IMG/VR virus record: IMGVR_UViG_2695420456_000002
Span: 1-18,835 of that record
Length of the DNA: 18,835 nucleotides
Source: a virus
Taxonomy: Duplodnaviria > Heunggongvirae > Uroviricota > Caudoviricetes
Reading direction: 5' to 3' (one strand)
Shown: positions 1-7,300 of the stretch, piece by piece
Position numbering within the stretch: position 1 is the stretch's first letter
How the letters are laid out: each line of letters begins with the position of its first letter
Position numbers and translations under genes: made by a program
The notes under the pieces: generated by a model
Databases searched by the model: none
Told to the model about the DNA's origin: nothing
The model's input: the letters and a program-made list of their open reading frames with translations, nothing else

Positions 1-1
1 G

Positions 2-910
2 GACTTCAGGGGAAAAACGAGTATTTTTAGTCATCCTGTTTACCTCTTTCTCAGGAAGTTTAGTCTCCAGGATTCCCGGGGCGGTTCAATTGGTGTTAGA
101 GCATGTAACTATGGAGACAAAGAAGAAGCTAAACCGATCCCCCTGCTTAGTGGTGTTAATCTGCTGAAATGTGAACATTGCGGTTCCGCTATGGTTAAGG
201 TGAAAGGAACTAACAAACGGCCTAACCAATATCGTTATTCATGCGATGCAATGCGCTCTAGTCGTATTGCATGTGTGCATACAAACTGGAGTTTTCGAGG
301 TGATCAATTAGAGAAAGCTGTATTGCAATTGCTGGCTGATAAAATCTGGGTTGCTGAGGACAAGGCTAATCCGGTTCCGGCGTTGAAAGTACAGGTTGAT
401 GAAATATCACGCAAGATTGATAACCTGATTGCCCTTTCTGCTATGACAGGAGCAACGAAGGAGCTAGCCGATCAGATTACTACCCTCAATAGCGAGCGTG
501 AAACACTCTACAATCAGATTAAGATGGCAGAAGAGGAAATGTATTCTGTGGACTCTCAAGGCTGGGAGAAGCTCGCAGAATTTGATTTAGAAGATGTTTA
601 TAACGAGGATCGCATTAAGGTCCGGTTTAAGATTAAGCAAGCTCTAAAACGGATCGGGTGTAGCAGGATTGACAAATACAAAAACTTGTTTGTATTGGAA
701 TACATTGATGGCAAGACCCAGAGAGTTGTAATAGAAAATTCAAGAGGACCGAGGAAAGGACAAATCTTTGTCGATTTGAAAACTATCAATGATAGGCAGA
801 TTCTGGAGAGTAACGGGCTTGTTCTGCATCCATGTTTAGACATGCTGACAGATAAAGACTGGAAGCCAGAAGAGGAAATACCAGGTCCATTACAGGAATT
901 TGGAATTTAA
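2..910 (+). CDS. large serine recombinase (integrase/invertase family), C-terminal portion; 5' end lies outside the window
   Basis: Frame 2 is open from position 2 to the TAA at 908-910 (the track ORF 191..910 is only its first-ATG subset). Translation contains ...PLLSGVNLLKCEHCGSAMVKVKG...YRYSC...IACVH, a four-Cys zinc-ribbon recombinase motif typical of large serine recombinases, followed by a long charged coiled-coil-like region. Strong terminator immediately downstream. Confidence 0.55.
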   Translation, partial: DFRGKTSIFSHPVYLFLRKFSLQDSRGGSIGVRACNYGDKEEAKPIPLLSGVNLLKCEHCGSAMVKVKGTNKRPNQYRYSCDAMRSSRIACVHTNWSFRGDQLEKAVLQLLADKIWVAEDKANPVPALKVQVDEISRKIDNLIALSAMTGATKELADQITTLNSERETLYNQIKMAEEEMYSVDSQGWEKLAEFDLEDVYNEDRIKVRFKIKQALKRIGCSRIDKYKNLFVLEYIDGKTQRVVIENSRGPRKGQIFVDLKTINDRQILESNGLVLHPCLDMLTDKDWKPEEEIPGPLQEFGI

Positions 911-946
911 GCGGCCTAAATCGACGTATAACGAGCTAAAACAGTT

Positions 947-972
947 AAGGGGTACATTCGTACCCCTTTTTA
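947..972. terminator. bidirectional rho-independent terminator between convergent genes
   Basis: AAGGGGTAC-ATTC-GTACCCCTT hairpin (9-bp stem) followed by TTTTTAATTT on the plus strand; lies between the recombinase stop (910) and the minus-strand nuclease stop (984). Confidence 0.55.
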
Positions 973-983
973 ATTTAATTGCG

Positions 984-1982
984 TTAGAGTGTCTCTAATG
1001 GGCTTAAATCGAGTTCTAAGTCTTCCGGTATTAAATCAGCTAACGGTGCATTCATCCACTGCGATAAATCTCGTTCTATGTCTTCATCACTAATGTAGTT
1101 GTTCAGATTGATTGCGTTGGTATCATCAAAATACATTGGCTTAGATGGGTTGGTGTGGATGTATTCATTGATGAATGATTTAACATCTTTCAGCTTGCTA
1201 ATCGGTAGCGTTTCTGTGAATCCGCTATTCATTACCTTACGTGGGATTTTCTTGCCCTGAATATTCTTTTTAATCCCCATTTCTAAATCACCAGCTTTCC
1301 ATCCAATGTTAAACAAATGTGAGCATTCAAAGGTGATTTTCTCGCTGGTGTGCTTCTGGTGTTCTCTTACCCGTTGCATCGGATCTTTGCGAGTGGTAAT
1401 TCCATATTTGAAAAACTTCTCGCCAACACGAATTAGATAAAAGTGCATAGGGCGCTGTGCAAACTTGTTTCTGATAACCTGTTTTCTACCATTCTGAATT
1501 GATTTAAGTACCCCCCTAACCAAAGGGCATGTTAACCCGCCTTGTCTGCGGTTATTGTGTAAATCACCTTTCTTGTGAATCTTTCCGTGGCACTTACAAC
1601 GAAGAATTAGTTTAGTGTCAACACCCTGATAAGGTTCAGCCAGACCTAACACATCCCACCCTATCGGCTTGTAGAACTTGCGAGCGTTTTCTAAGTGTTC
1701 TTCTTCGGTAAATCTAAACTTCTTCTTAGGCGGTGATACTCTATCTTTGCCAGTAAACTGACCAGTTAGAACATGACTAATACATGGCGTTTTAACCTTT
1801 CCGTTAACTTCTATGCAAACTTTGGTGTTCTGGAATGGTTTCTTTACAGGAAGCACAAAACCACTGTATAACCATCCATGCGCTTGACAAACTTTAATGA
1901 TTCTGGTTTCATATTCGACCGGAGGGGTCGCACGTTTGCTTTTTGCGGTAAATTCGATATCCTTTGCTAAAGTATTATTCAT
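984..1982 (-). CDS. free-standing GIY-YIG-like (T5orf172/MUG113-type) nuclease domain protein, putative homing endonuclease, with Cys/His-rich N-terminal region
   Basis: 332-aa ORF; the central segment FYLIRVGEKFFKYGITTRKDPMQRVREHQ...GFTETL resembles the T5orf172 (GIY-YIG-like) domain signature; N-terminal region carries Cys/His clusters (RCKCHGKIHKKGDLHNN) suggestive of a zinc-binding DNA-recognition module. GAGGA Shine-Dalgarno sequence 8 nt upstream of the ATG. Confidence 0.5.
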   Translation of the reverse strand: MNNTLAKDIEFTAKSKRATPPVEYETRIIKVCQAHGWLYSGFVLPVKKPFQNTKVCIEVNGKVKTPCISHVLTGQFTGKDRVSPPKKKFRFTEEEHLENARKFYKPIGWDVLGLAEPYQGVDTKLILRCKCHGKIHKKGDLHNNRRQGGLTCPLVRGVLKSIQNGRKQVIRNKFAQRPMHFYLIRVGEKFFKYGITTRKDPMQRVREHQKHTSEKITFECSHLFNIGWKAGDLEMGIKKNIQGKKIPRKVMNSGFTETLPISKLKDVKSFINEYIHTNPSKPMYFDDTNAINLNNYISDEDIERDLSQWMNAPLADLIPEDLELDLSPLETL

Positions 1983-2019
1983 AGTAGTGAATCCTCAATA
2001 AAATAATATTCACTACTAT
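1981..2019 (-). promoter_or_regulatory. 12-bp perfect inverted repeat hairpin enclosing the SD and start codon of the nuclease gene
   Basis: ATAGTAGTGAAT (1981-1992) and ATTCACTACTAT (2008-2019) are exact reverse complements. In the minus-strand mRNA the loop contains GAGG and the 3' arm ends in the AU of the AUG. A TATAAATA motif (minus strand, plus coordinates 2017-2024) overlaps the 5' arm. Confidence 0.4.
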
Positions 2020-2028
2020 TTATAAGAA

Positions 2029-2385
2029 TTAATTATTGTAGTTTTGGAAACCAGTAAGATCGCAAAATGTTTCTGTGTCGTGTACCGGAGAACGATGTTC
2101 TGCCTCGTCAGAGAAAATGTTGGCTACCGGAGATTCTGCGTTAACTTCTGGTACTTCTTCAACTGCTGGCTGAACTTCTTCAATGACTGGTTCCACTACC
2201 GGAGTTTCTTCTACTGGTTCCGGTTCTTTCATTGCTTCAACCAGTGACGGATCTGCTTCATCAAATACCACTTTATCTTCTGCGGTATATTTGTCTATAA
2301 TGAAAAAATGGTCAGAAATATAGCTAACGTCGCCAGCATATTCTAACAAAAAAGCGCCCACCAGAGGCGCTTTTGTTTTATCCAT
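2029..2385 (-). CDS. highly acidic Pro/Glu-rich hypothetical protein (about 118 aa), translationally coupled to the endolysin gene
   Basis: ORF open 2029..2415 from a TTG; preferred start is the ATG at 2383-2385, which overlaps the endolysin stop (ATGGATAA, stop TAA at 2378-2380). Product MDKTKAPLVG...EPEPVEETPVVEPVIEEVQPAVEEVPEV... is strongly acidic low-complexity. The antisense ORF 2044..2247 is W/F-rich junk, which supports minus-strand coding. Confidence 0.5.
   Translation of the reverse strand: MDKTKAPLVGAFLLEYAGDVSYISDHFFIIDKYTAEDKVVFDEADPSLVEAMKEPEPVEETPVVEPVIEEVQPAVEEVPEVNAESPVANIFSDEAEHRSPVHDTETFCDLTGFQNYNN
2350..2374 (-). terminator. terminator-like hairpin just after the endolysin stop, inside the 5' end of the acidic ORF
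   Basis: AAAAGCGCC-CACCAGA-GGCGCTTTT (9-bp stem including A:T pairs, 7-nt loop); on the minus strand it is followed by a T-run (TTTTTTG). It could act as a partial terminator or attenuator. Confidence 0.35.
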
Positions 2386-2731
2386 TCCACCGTGATTTTT
2401 TTGATCTGGAATCAATATGCGTAAAGGTTTTATATTTTCCTAAGCCGTATTGAGTAGGATATTTCCCATCAAGATAAGCATGAACAATATCAGGCGAGAC
2501 ACCCTTGATAACAATGTCAGCCGCACGGCCTCGAACATGATAGCTATTGGTTGCGCCGCCAACATTCTTATTATGAGTCGGGCAACGGTTCCCACTGTTA
2601 ATAATTACTGGCTTCCCGAAGTGCTCTCGTACATCCTCAAGAATCACCAGTAATTCAGCGTCGATTGTATCATAATCACATTTTCCGCATTTACATTTAA
2701 ATTCCTTGCGAGAAAAATGCTTACTTAACAT
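2378..2731 (-). CDS. peptidase M15-family (zinc D,D- or L,D-peptidase) cell-wall hydrolase, putative endolysin
   Basis: 117-aa ORF with the spacing ...SGNRCPTHNKNVGGATNSYHVRGRAADI...FTHIDSR characteristic of the M15 peptidase zinc-binding H/D/H arrangement (S-x-H-x-x-G-x-A-x-D ... H-x-D). RBS TAAGGGGGTAAT directly upstream of the ATG at 2729-2731. Confidence 0.6.
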   Translation of the reverse strand: MLSKHFSRKEFKCKCGKCDYDTIDAELLVILEDVREHFGKPVIINSGNRCPTHNKNVGGATNSYHVRGRAADIVIKGVSPDIVHAYLDGKYPTQYGLGKYKTFTHIDSRSKKSRWNG

Positions 2732-2740
2732 ATTACCCCC

Positions 2741-3088
2741 TTAGATCATTTCGAAGATATAACCAATAAAGCGCATACCCTTGATATAATAAGGAGCAGT
2801 GCCTACACACACCGCGCGTGCATCACCCAGACAGTTAAAGCTATAAGGATTAACTACATCGACTTCTTGCCCTACACGAAAACGATATTTAGGACGTTTA
2901 GCCAATGTAGCGACACAAAACACGGTCCCCTTTTCATGGTCACGGATACATTCTTTATATTGTTTATGTTTAACTCTCTTCGCCTCAAAATCATAGGTCA
3001 TTGATTCTGGGCTAATGCCATTAATAAAAATACCGGAAAGCTGATCAACCGGATAAGTAGGAAATTCAGTGAAAATATTTTTAGCCAT
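2741..3088 (-). CDS. hypothetical protein, 115 aa, 4 Cys
   Basis: ORF with ATG start preceded by GGGGGT SD-like motif; no family recognised by eye. Confidence 0.5.
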   Translation of the reverse strand: MAKNIFTEFPTYPVDQLSGIFINGISPESMTYDFEAKRVKHKQYKECIRDHEKGTVFCVATLAKRPKYRFRVGQEVDVVNPYSFNCLGDARAVCVGTAPYYIKGMRFIGYIFEMI

Positions 3089-3091
3089 GTT

Positions 3092-3119
3092 ATACCCCCA
3101 TAAGATTCTATGAGGGTAT
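3092..3119 (-). promoter_or_regulatory. intercistronic hairpin carrying the SD of the 115-aa gene in its 3' arm
   Basis: Minus-strand RNA AUACCCUCAU-AGAAUCUU-AUGGGGGUAU forms a 10-bp stem (one G-U pair); the start codon lies 4 nt after the stem. Confidence 0.3.
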
Positions 3120-3126
3120 TTATTGA

Positions 3127-3810
3127 TTAAACGTATTTCATGCGCGATTTAATGTGCTTATTGATGTTTTCAAGCATCATTGCTTCGTTGCTTTCCCACG
3201 ATCCTAGCGTCGAATAACGAGTAGAAATTTTATCCGACTTAACGGCAACAATTCGCTTACTCTGTTTCTGTATGCGTTTCTCTAAGCGACGTTTTGCCAC
3301 CGCAGATCCATTCCTAGCGCGTTTGGTTCGGGATTTCTTAGGCTTGTACTTCTTCATGATAAAAGTCCCTTCCTGGTTCTCTACCTTGATGAAGTTGCCA
3401 TTTTCGATGTTACGCATCATCTTACCGCCTTTAATGGCCTTAATGTTCCCGTGGGAGTCTAAGACCTTACCGTTGGCGATTGGAACTAGCTTATTGATTT
3501 TGCCCCCATCGAAATAGTGTTTCAGATAGTCATCCTGACTGCCGATCTTCTTGTCCTTATCCCTTGCGCCCTTGATGAAGATTTGGTGTCTCGTCCCTGA
3601 TCGGTTCTTGTAGTTGGTATTACCTACAGCTTGCTGAGTCCAGCGAGTAGGTCTATCAACATTCTTGTTAATCTTCTTCTGGAGTGCTCTGGAAGCAAAG
3701 ATCGCCCCTTCCCCTAGTGCCCTTTCGAATGTATCGGTTGCCTTTTCAGACCATTGCCGTAACGCTTTCTTAGTCCTTAGAGCGTTTCGTTTATTGGTAC
3801 TGGTTGCCAT
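3127..3810 (-). CDS. very basic (Lys/Arg-rich) hypothetical protein, 227 aa
   Basis: ORF with ATG at 3808-3810 preceded by TAGGGGGCTAAC; many K/R clusters (KKYKPKKSRTKRARNG, KRRLEKRIQKQSKR). Function not recognisable from sequence. Confidence 0.55.
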   Translation of the reverse strand: MATSTNKRNALRTKKALRQWSEKATDTFERALGEGAIFASRALQKKINKNVDRPTRWTQQAVGNTNYKNRSGTRHQIFIKGARDKDKKIGSQDDYLKHYFDGGKINKLVPIANGKVLDSHGNIKAIKGGKMMRNIENGNFIKVENQEGTFIMKKYKPKKSRTKRARNGSAVAKRRLEKRIQKQSKRIVAVKSDKISTRYSTLGSWESNEAMMLENINKHIKSRMKYV

Positions 3811-3811
3811 G

Positions 3812-3982
3812 TTAGCCCCCTAATAACGAAAAGACCCCCGCCAGTGTCCTTAGCAATTGTTCATCCACGGTCATAGCCGGGAGTTCAAGCCCAAAGGACG
3901 TTAGCAGAGGTCTAATAGCTACGTTATAAGTGAGGGCGACAATCAAGAGATAACCAAAATATTTCTTAAGTTTATTCTTCAT
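3812..3982 (-). CDS. small membrane protein, 56 aa (below the ORF-track length cutoff)
   Basis: Hand-translated: MKNKLKKYFGYLLIVALTYNVAIRPLLTSFGLELPAMTVDEQLLRTLAGVFSLLGG. ATG at 3980-3982 preceded by AAGGGGTGAATAT; stop TAA at 3812-3814, 1 nt before the next ATG. Basic N-terminus then a hydrophobic helix; no Cys, so not a lipoprotein. Confidence 0.4.
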   Translation of the reverse strand: MKNKLKKYFGYLLIVALTYNVAIRPLLTSFGLELPAMTVDEQLLRTLAGVFSLLGG

Positions 3983-4000
3983 ATATTCACCCCTTTATTA

Positions 4001-4279
4001 TTATTTTTGTTTGAGTATGTCGAGAACTTGGTCAAATTTGGCGTCCATCGCAACCACTTTCTTCTCTATACCGTGTAGTGTTTGTTCCATTTGGTAAACA
4101 CGTTCAGCAATCTGAGTATGGTTATTCTGCATCGTCTCAAACTTCTGGTTTAACAATGCGTCGCTGGATTCCAATTTCGACAATCTATTTTCAGTTGCTA
4201 ATTGATTTCGGTGAAGTCTCCAAAGACCACCACAAATTAAGGCGATAACACCGATACCGCCATATATAATTTCAGTCAT
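4001..4279 (-). CDS. membrane-anchored coiled-coil protein, 92 aa (N-terminal transmembrane helix plus coiled coil); candidate holin, i-spanin-like or superinfection-exclusion protein
   Basis: MTEIIYGGIGVIALICGGLW hydrophobic segment followed by RLHRNQ and a heptad-rich charged region. Lies immediately downstream of the J-like gene and its terminator. No canonical lipobox. Confidence 0.55.
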   Translation of the reverse strand: MTEIIYGGIGVIALICGGLWRLHRNQLATENRLSKLESSDALLNQKFETMQNNHTQIAERVYQMEQTLHGIEKKVVAMDAKFDQVLDILKQK

Positions 4280-4328
4280 TACGCCCCCGATATTTTTATA
4301 TAGTTTAATGGCAAAATTATTTAGATAA

Positions 4329-4370
4329 AAATAATCCCGCCTAACTCAAAAGAATTAAGCGGGATTAATT
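4329..4370 (-). terminator. hairpin terminator candidate after the J-like gene
   Basis: TAATCCCGC (4332-4340) and GCGGGATTA (4359-4367) are inverted repeats, extendable to about 12 bp, with an 18-nt loop; U-rich tract follows on the minus strand. The long loop makes it atypical. Confidence 0.3.
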
Positions 4371-4385
4371 ATTAAAATTAAATTT

Positions 4386-7300
4386 TTAAGAAACAGTAAT
4401 ACCCGTAGTGGCTTTTTTAGTTACCATTACAGTTAAATCACTGATCCATGTGCTAGGCGTCCAGTTGTTGATTGCGCTTGATTGCACTTCAAAGGTCAAG
4501 GTCACAGCACCTTTACCCGCTGGCATATCAATAACACCTGAGTAAAGACCAGTATTACCGCCATACGCCCTATTATACAACTCTGACCCATTCTTACGAA
4601 CAATCAGGCGACATGTGTCGTAATAGGTATTATTGTTCGACCCTTCACGCGCTCGCAATCCACCAAAACTAATTGCCGGAATAACGATTTGACGATCGAA
4701 CTTGTGATCATCTTCAACGCGAACAGTGACCGTACCCTGTGGATAGCCAGCATAACCATTATCAACGTTAACATCACGGTGCGGGAACTTACGACCAATC
4801 ACCTTAACGAAATCACCCTTAACCTGAGTAGCTTCAAGCATACCCTTAATAACACAGCTAGAGTTAATCGTGACGTTGTTCAGAGTACCAGAATCAGCCG
4901 TGATATTACCTTTAACGGTAGCGTTCATGAACGTAGCGGACCCGCTCTTGTTGATATGCCATCCGGTAGATCCGTTCCAGTTGGAAGACTGGATATAGTT
5001 ACCAATTTTGGCATTATCAATAGCACCGTTTACGATCTTGGCGTTAGTGATTGCCCCGTCCTGAATCTTCGCGCTGTTAATTGCAGCATTGCCGATCTTA
5101 GCGGTAGTAATTGCCGCATCATTAATCTGGGCTGTACCAATTGCAGCATTACGAATCATCGCATTATCGAGATAAACCTTGTTACCTTCGATACCAAACG
5201 GGCAAACATCGGTCCCATTCTGCGGAGCTACAGCAATTTTATCAGCCGTAAAGATGATTTTAGTCGGTTGTGCCGGATCATTGCTTGCGCTCATGTGAAT
5301 ACCAGCCACGCGACCATCTGCATTAACTGCCAGGTTATATTTGCTGTTAATGGTTCCCTTCAAAGCATCGATTTTTACATCTGCTTCCTGATTCACACCA
5401 GCAATCTTGCCATCCATTTCTACCCGAACTTGATCAATCTTAGTTGCGCTTGCTGCCTCACTGGTAGCAATAGCTTGTTTCAGGGTAGTAGCAGATGCAC
5501 TAACTTCTTTGGTGATATCGCCTTTCAGTTCAGCTTTAACCTGATCAATCTTAGTTGAACTTGCCTTATCACCAGAAGCAATCAGACTCTTGAGAGTATC
5601 GGCTGAGGCTTGAACTGTTTTACCCGTTTCAGTAGTGATTTGCTTATGCATTGCATCAATTTTAGCATCGGCATTAGCGCCAGCTTGCTTAATAGCATCC
5701 GCGATAGTTTCATCTAATCGATCTTGTAAACCGATCAGGTCTTCCAGTGCTTCTTTGTCCTGATCGTCCCAGCTAATGGTAGATTTCATTTGCATGAAAT
5801 ACGGTTCAGACCAAACAGCATCATCCATACCGAAAATATCGTAATGTGCCGCGCGAAGATAATAATCCCCGTCCGTCAAGTCGAAAGATGTATGGCTAAC
5901 ACTATTCGTGCTTACCGCCCTTGCATCGGAGAAAGTGCTATCGGTTGCAAATTGTACAATCGTCCCAGCATAGTCCTGTTCCAGAACATCACCGTTCCAG
6001 CTAACGAAAGCAGCATTAAAACCACCACGCGCACTAAAACCTTTAATACCTTTATGCTGTGGGTTAATAGCCACTAAACGCGCTGGGGCGCTCTCTGAGT
6101 TGTTATAGCCCTTAGCCGATACTTCTACCGTAAGTTGTCGCGAAAGGCCGTTAAACTGGTTCATATCAAGTGTATAAGTCCATGATTCAGGATCGCGGGT
6201 ACGGTACTGAATAGACTTACCAGCCTTGTTAGTCACCTTGATAATGTATGCTTCAAACAGGTCACTAAACTTGTTAGTTTCACCGTTGATCATCACATCT
6301 AATTGTTGCTGATTTTCCCATTCGATAATCAGATCATTACCTTCGAAAGTTCCTGGCGTGCTACCCTGATTTTTGATTCGAATAACCGGAGTCGGTAATT
6401 CATAGGTAACAGTAGGATTCTGGTTAATCAGTTCTACCCAATCAGATCTCGCGATGATACCGAAAGCACAAACTCGGTAATCATAAGAACGATCTTTTGC
6501 CAGTGCACTGACACTGAAAATTTGCTGTGAAGTCTGTCCCAGCTTAATCCAGTTAGGCGATCCACTAACACGGTAATCAATCTGGAAGCCGTAGCGGTTA
6601 AAATCTTCCGGCGCATCCCATGTTAAAGTAACGTTCTTACCATAGATTGTTTCACCAGTTGCCTTAATTCTGAAATTAGTAGGCTTCTGTACTGTCATTG
6701 AATCCGGTAAACCACTTGGTCGGTTATCTGGGTTAGCCGCATAGTTCAGGTCAGTATAAACCTGAGAATTATATTCTGTGGCGGTGATCGTCATCATCCC
6801 AGCAATACCAGAATCAATCGAGCGGTCAATTGCAGTAATACGCCAAAGTGAATTATTCAGTTTTAATTCATCATAGGTTACGCTGATAACATCCCACACC
6901 TCGGCAGTGAATGCGTCAGTAGTCATAAAGCTGATAACCTGAGTGATACGAGATTTATTTCGTTCAATGCTCGCAAGTTTATCAATCTGGGCTTTAGACT
7001 TAACAAAACGATATTCGATATCCTTAGCGATAATTCGACCATCTTGACGAATAGTAGCATCGTTTTCAGCATCAGCCGGATAACGTAGCATTTGCTCTGA
7101 ATAGTCAATTGATGGTTCTTGATACATCGCGTTAATGGTATTGAAATAACCGTTAGTGCCACCTGTTTTCAGTGATACCTTACCCATCATGATATTGTCT
7201 TCATTGAATGTATGCTTAACAATATCAGGAGCATCCAGTTTCAGGGTAATTCTTCCGAAGGATTCGAACATCACCCCGCCGAAAGTCTGCATAAGGCTAG

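Noticed and set aside
2029-2415. TTG-initiated long form of the acidic ORF
   Set aside because: Overlaps the endolysin 3' end by 38 nt; an ATG exactly overlapping the endolysin stop gives a classical coupled start.
4001-4279. Embedded o-spanin (Rz1-like lipoprotein) within the 92-aa membrane protein gene
   Set aside because: Alternative frames of this gene were translated by hand and hit stops within a few codons; no lipobox-containing ORF is present.
4689-5558. 289-aa plus-strand ORF (and similar plus-strand ORFs 5790..6077, 7156..7362, 7921..8313, 8001..8186)
   Set aside because: All lie antisense inside the long J-like gene; translations are low-complexity (I/N/S/L-rich) with no start context; explained as antisense shadows of the real gene.
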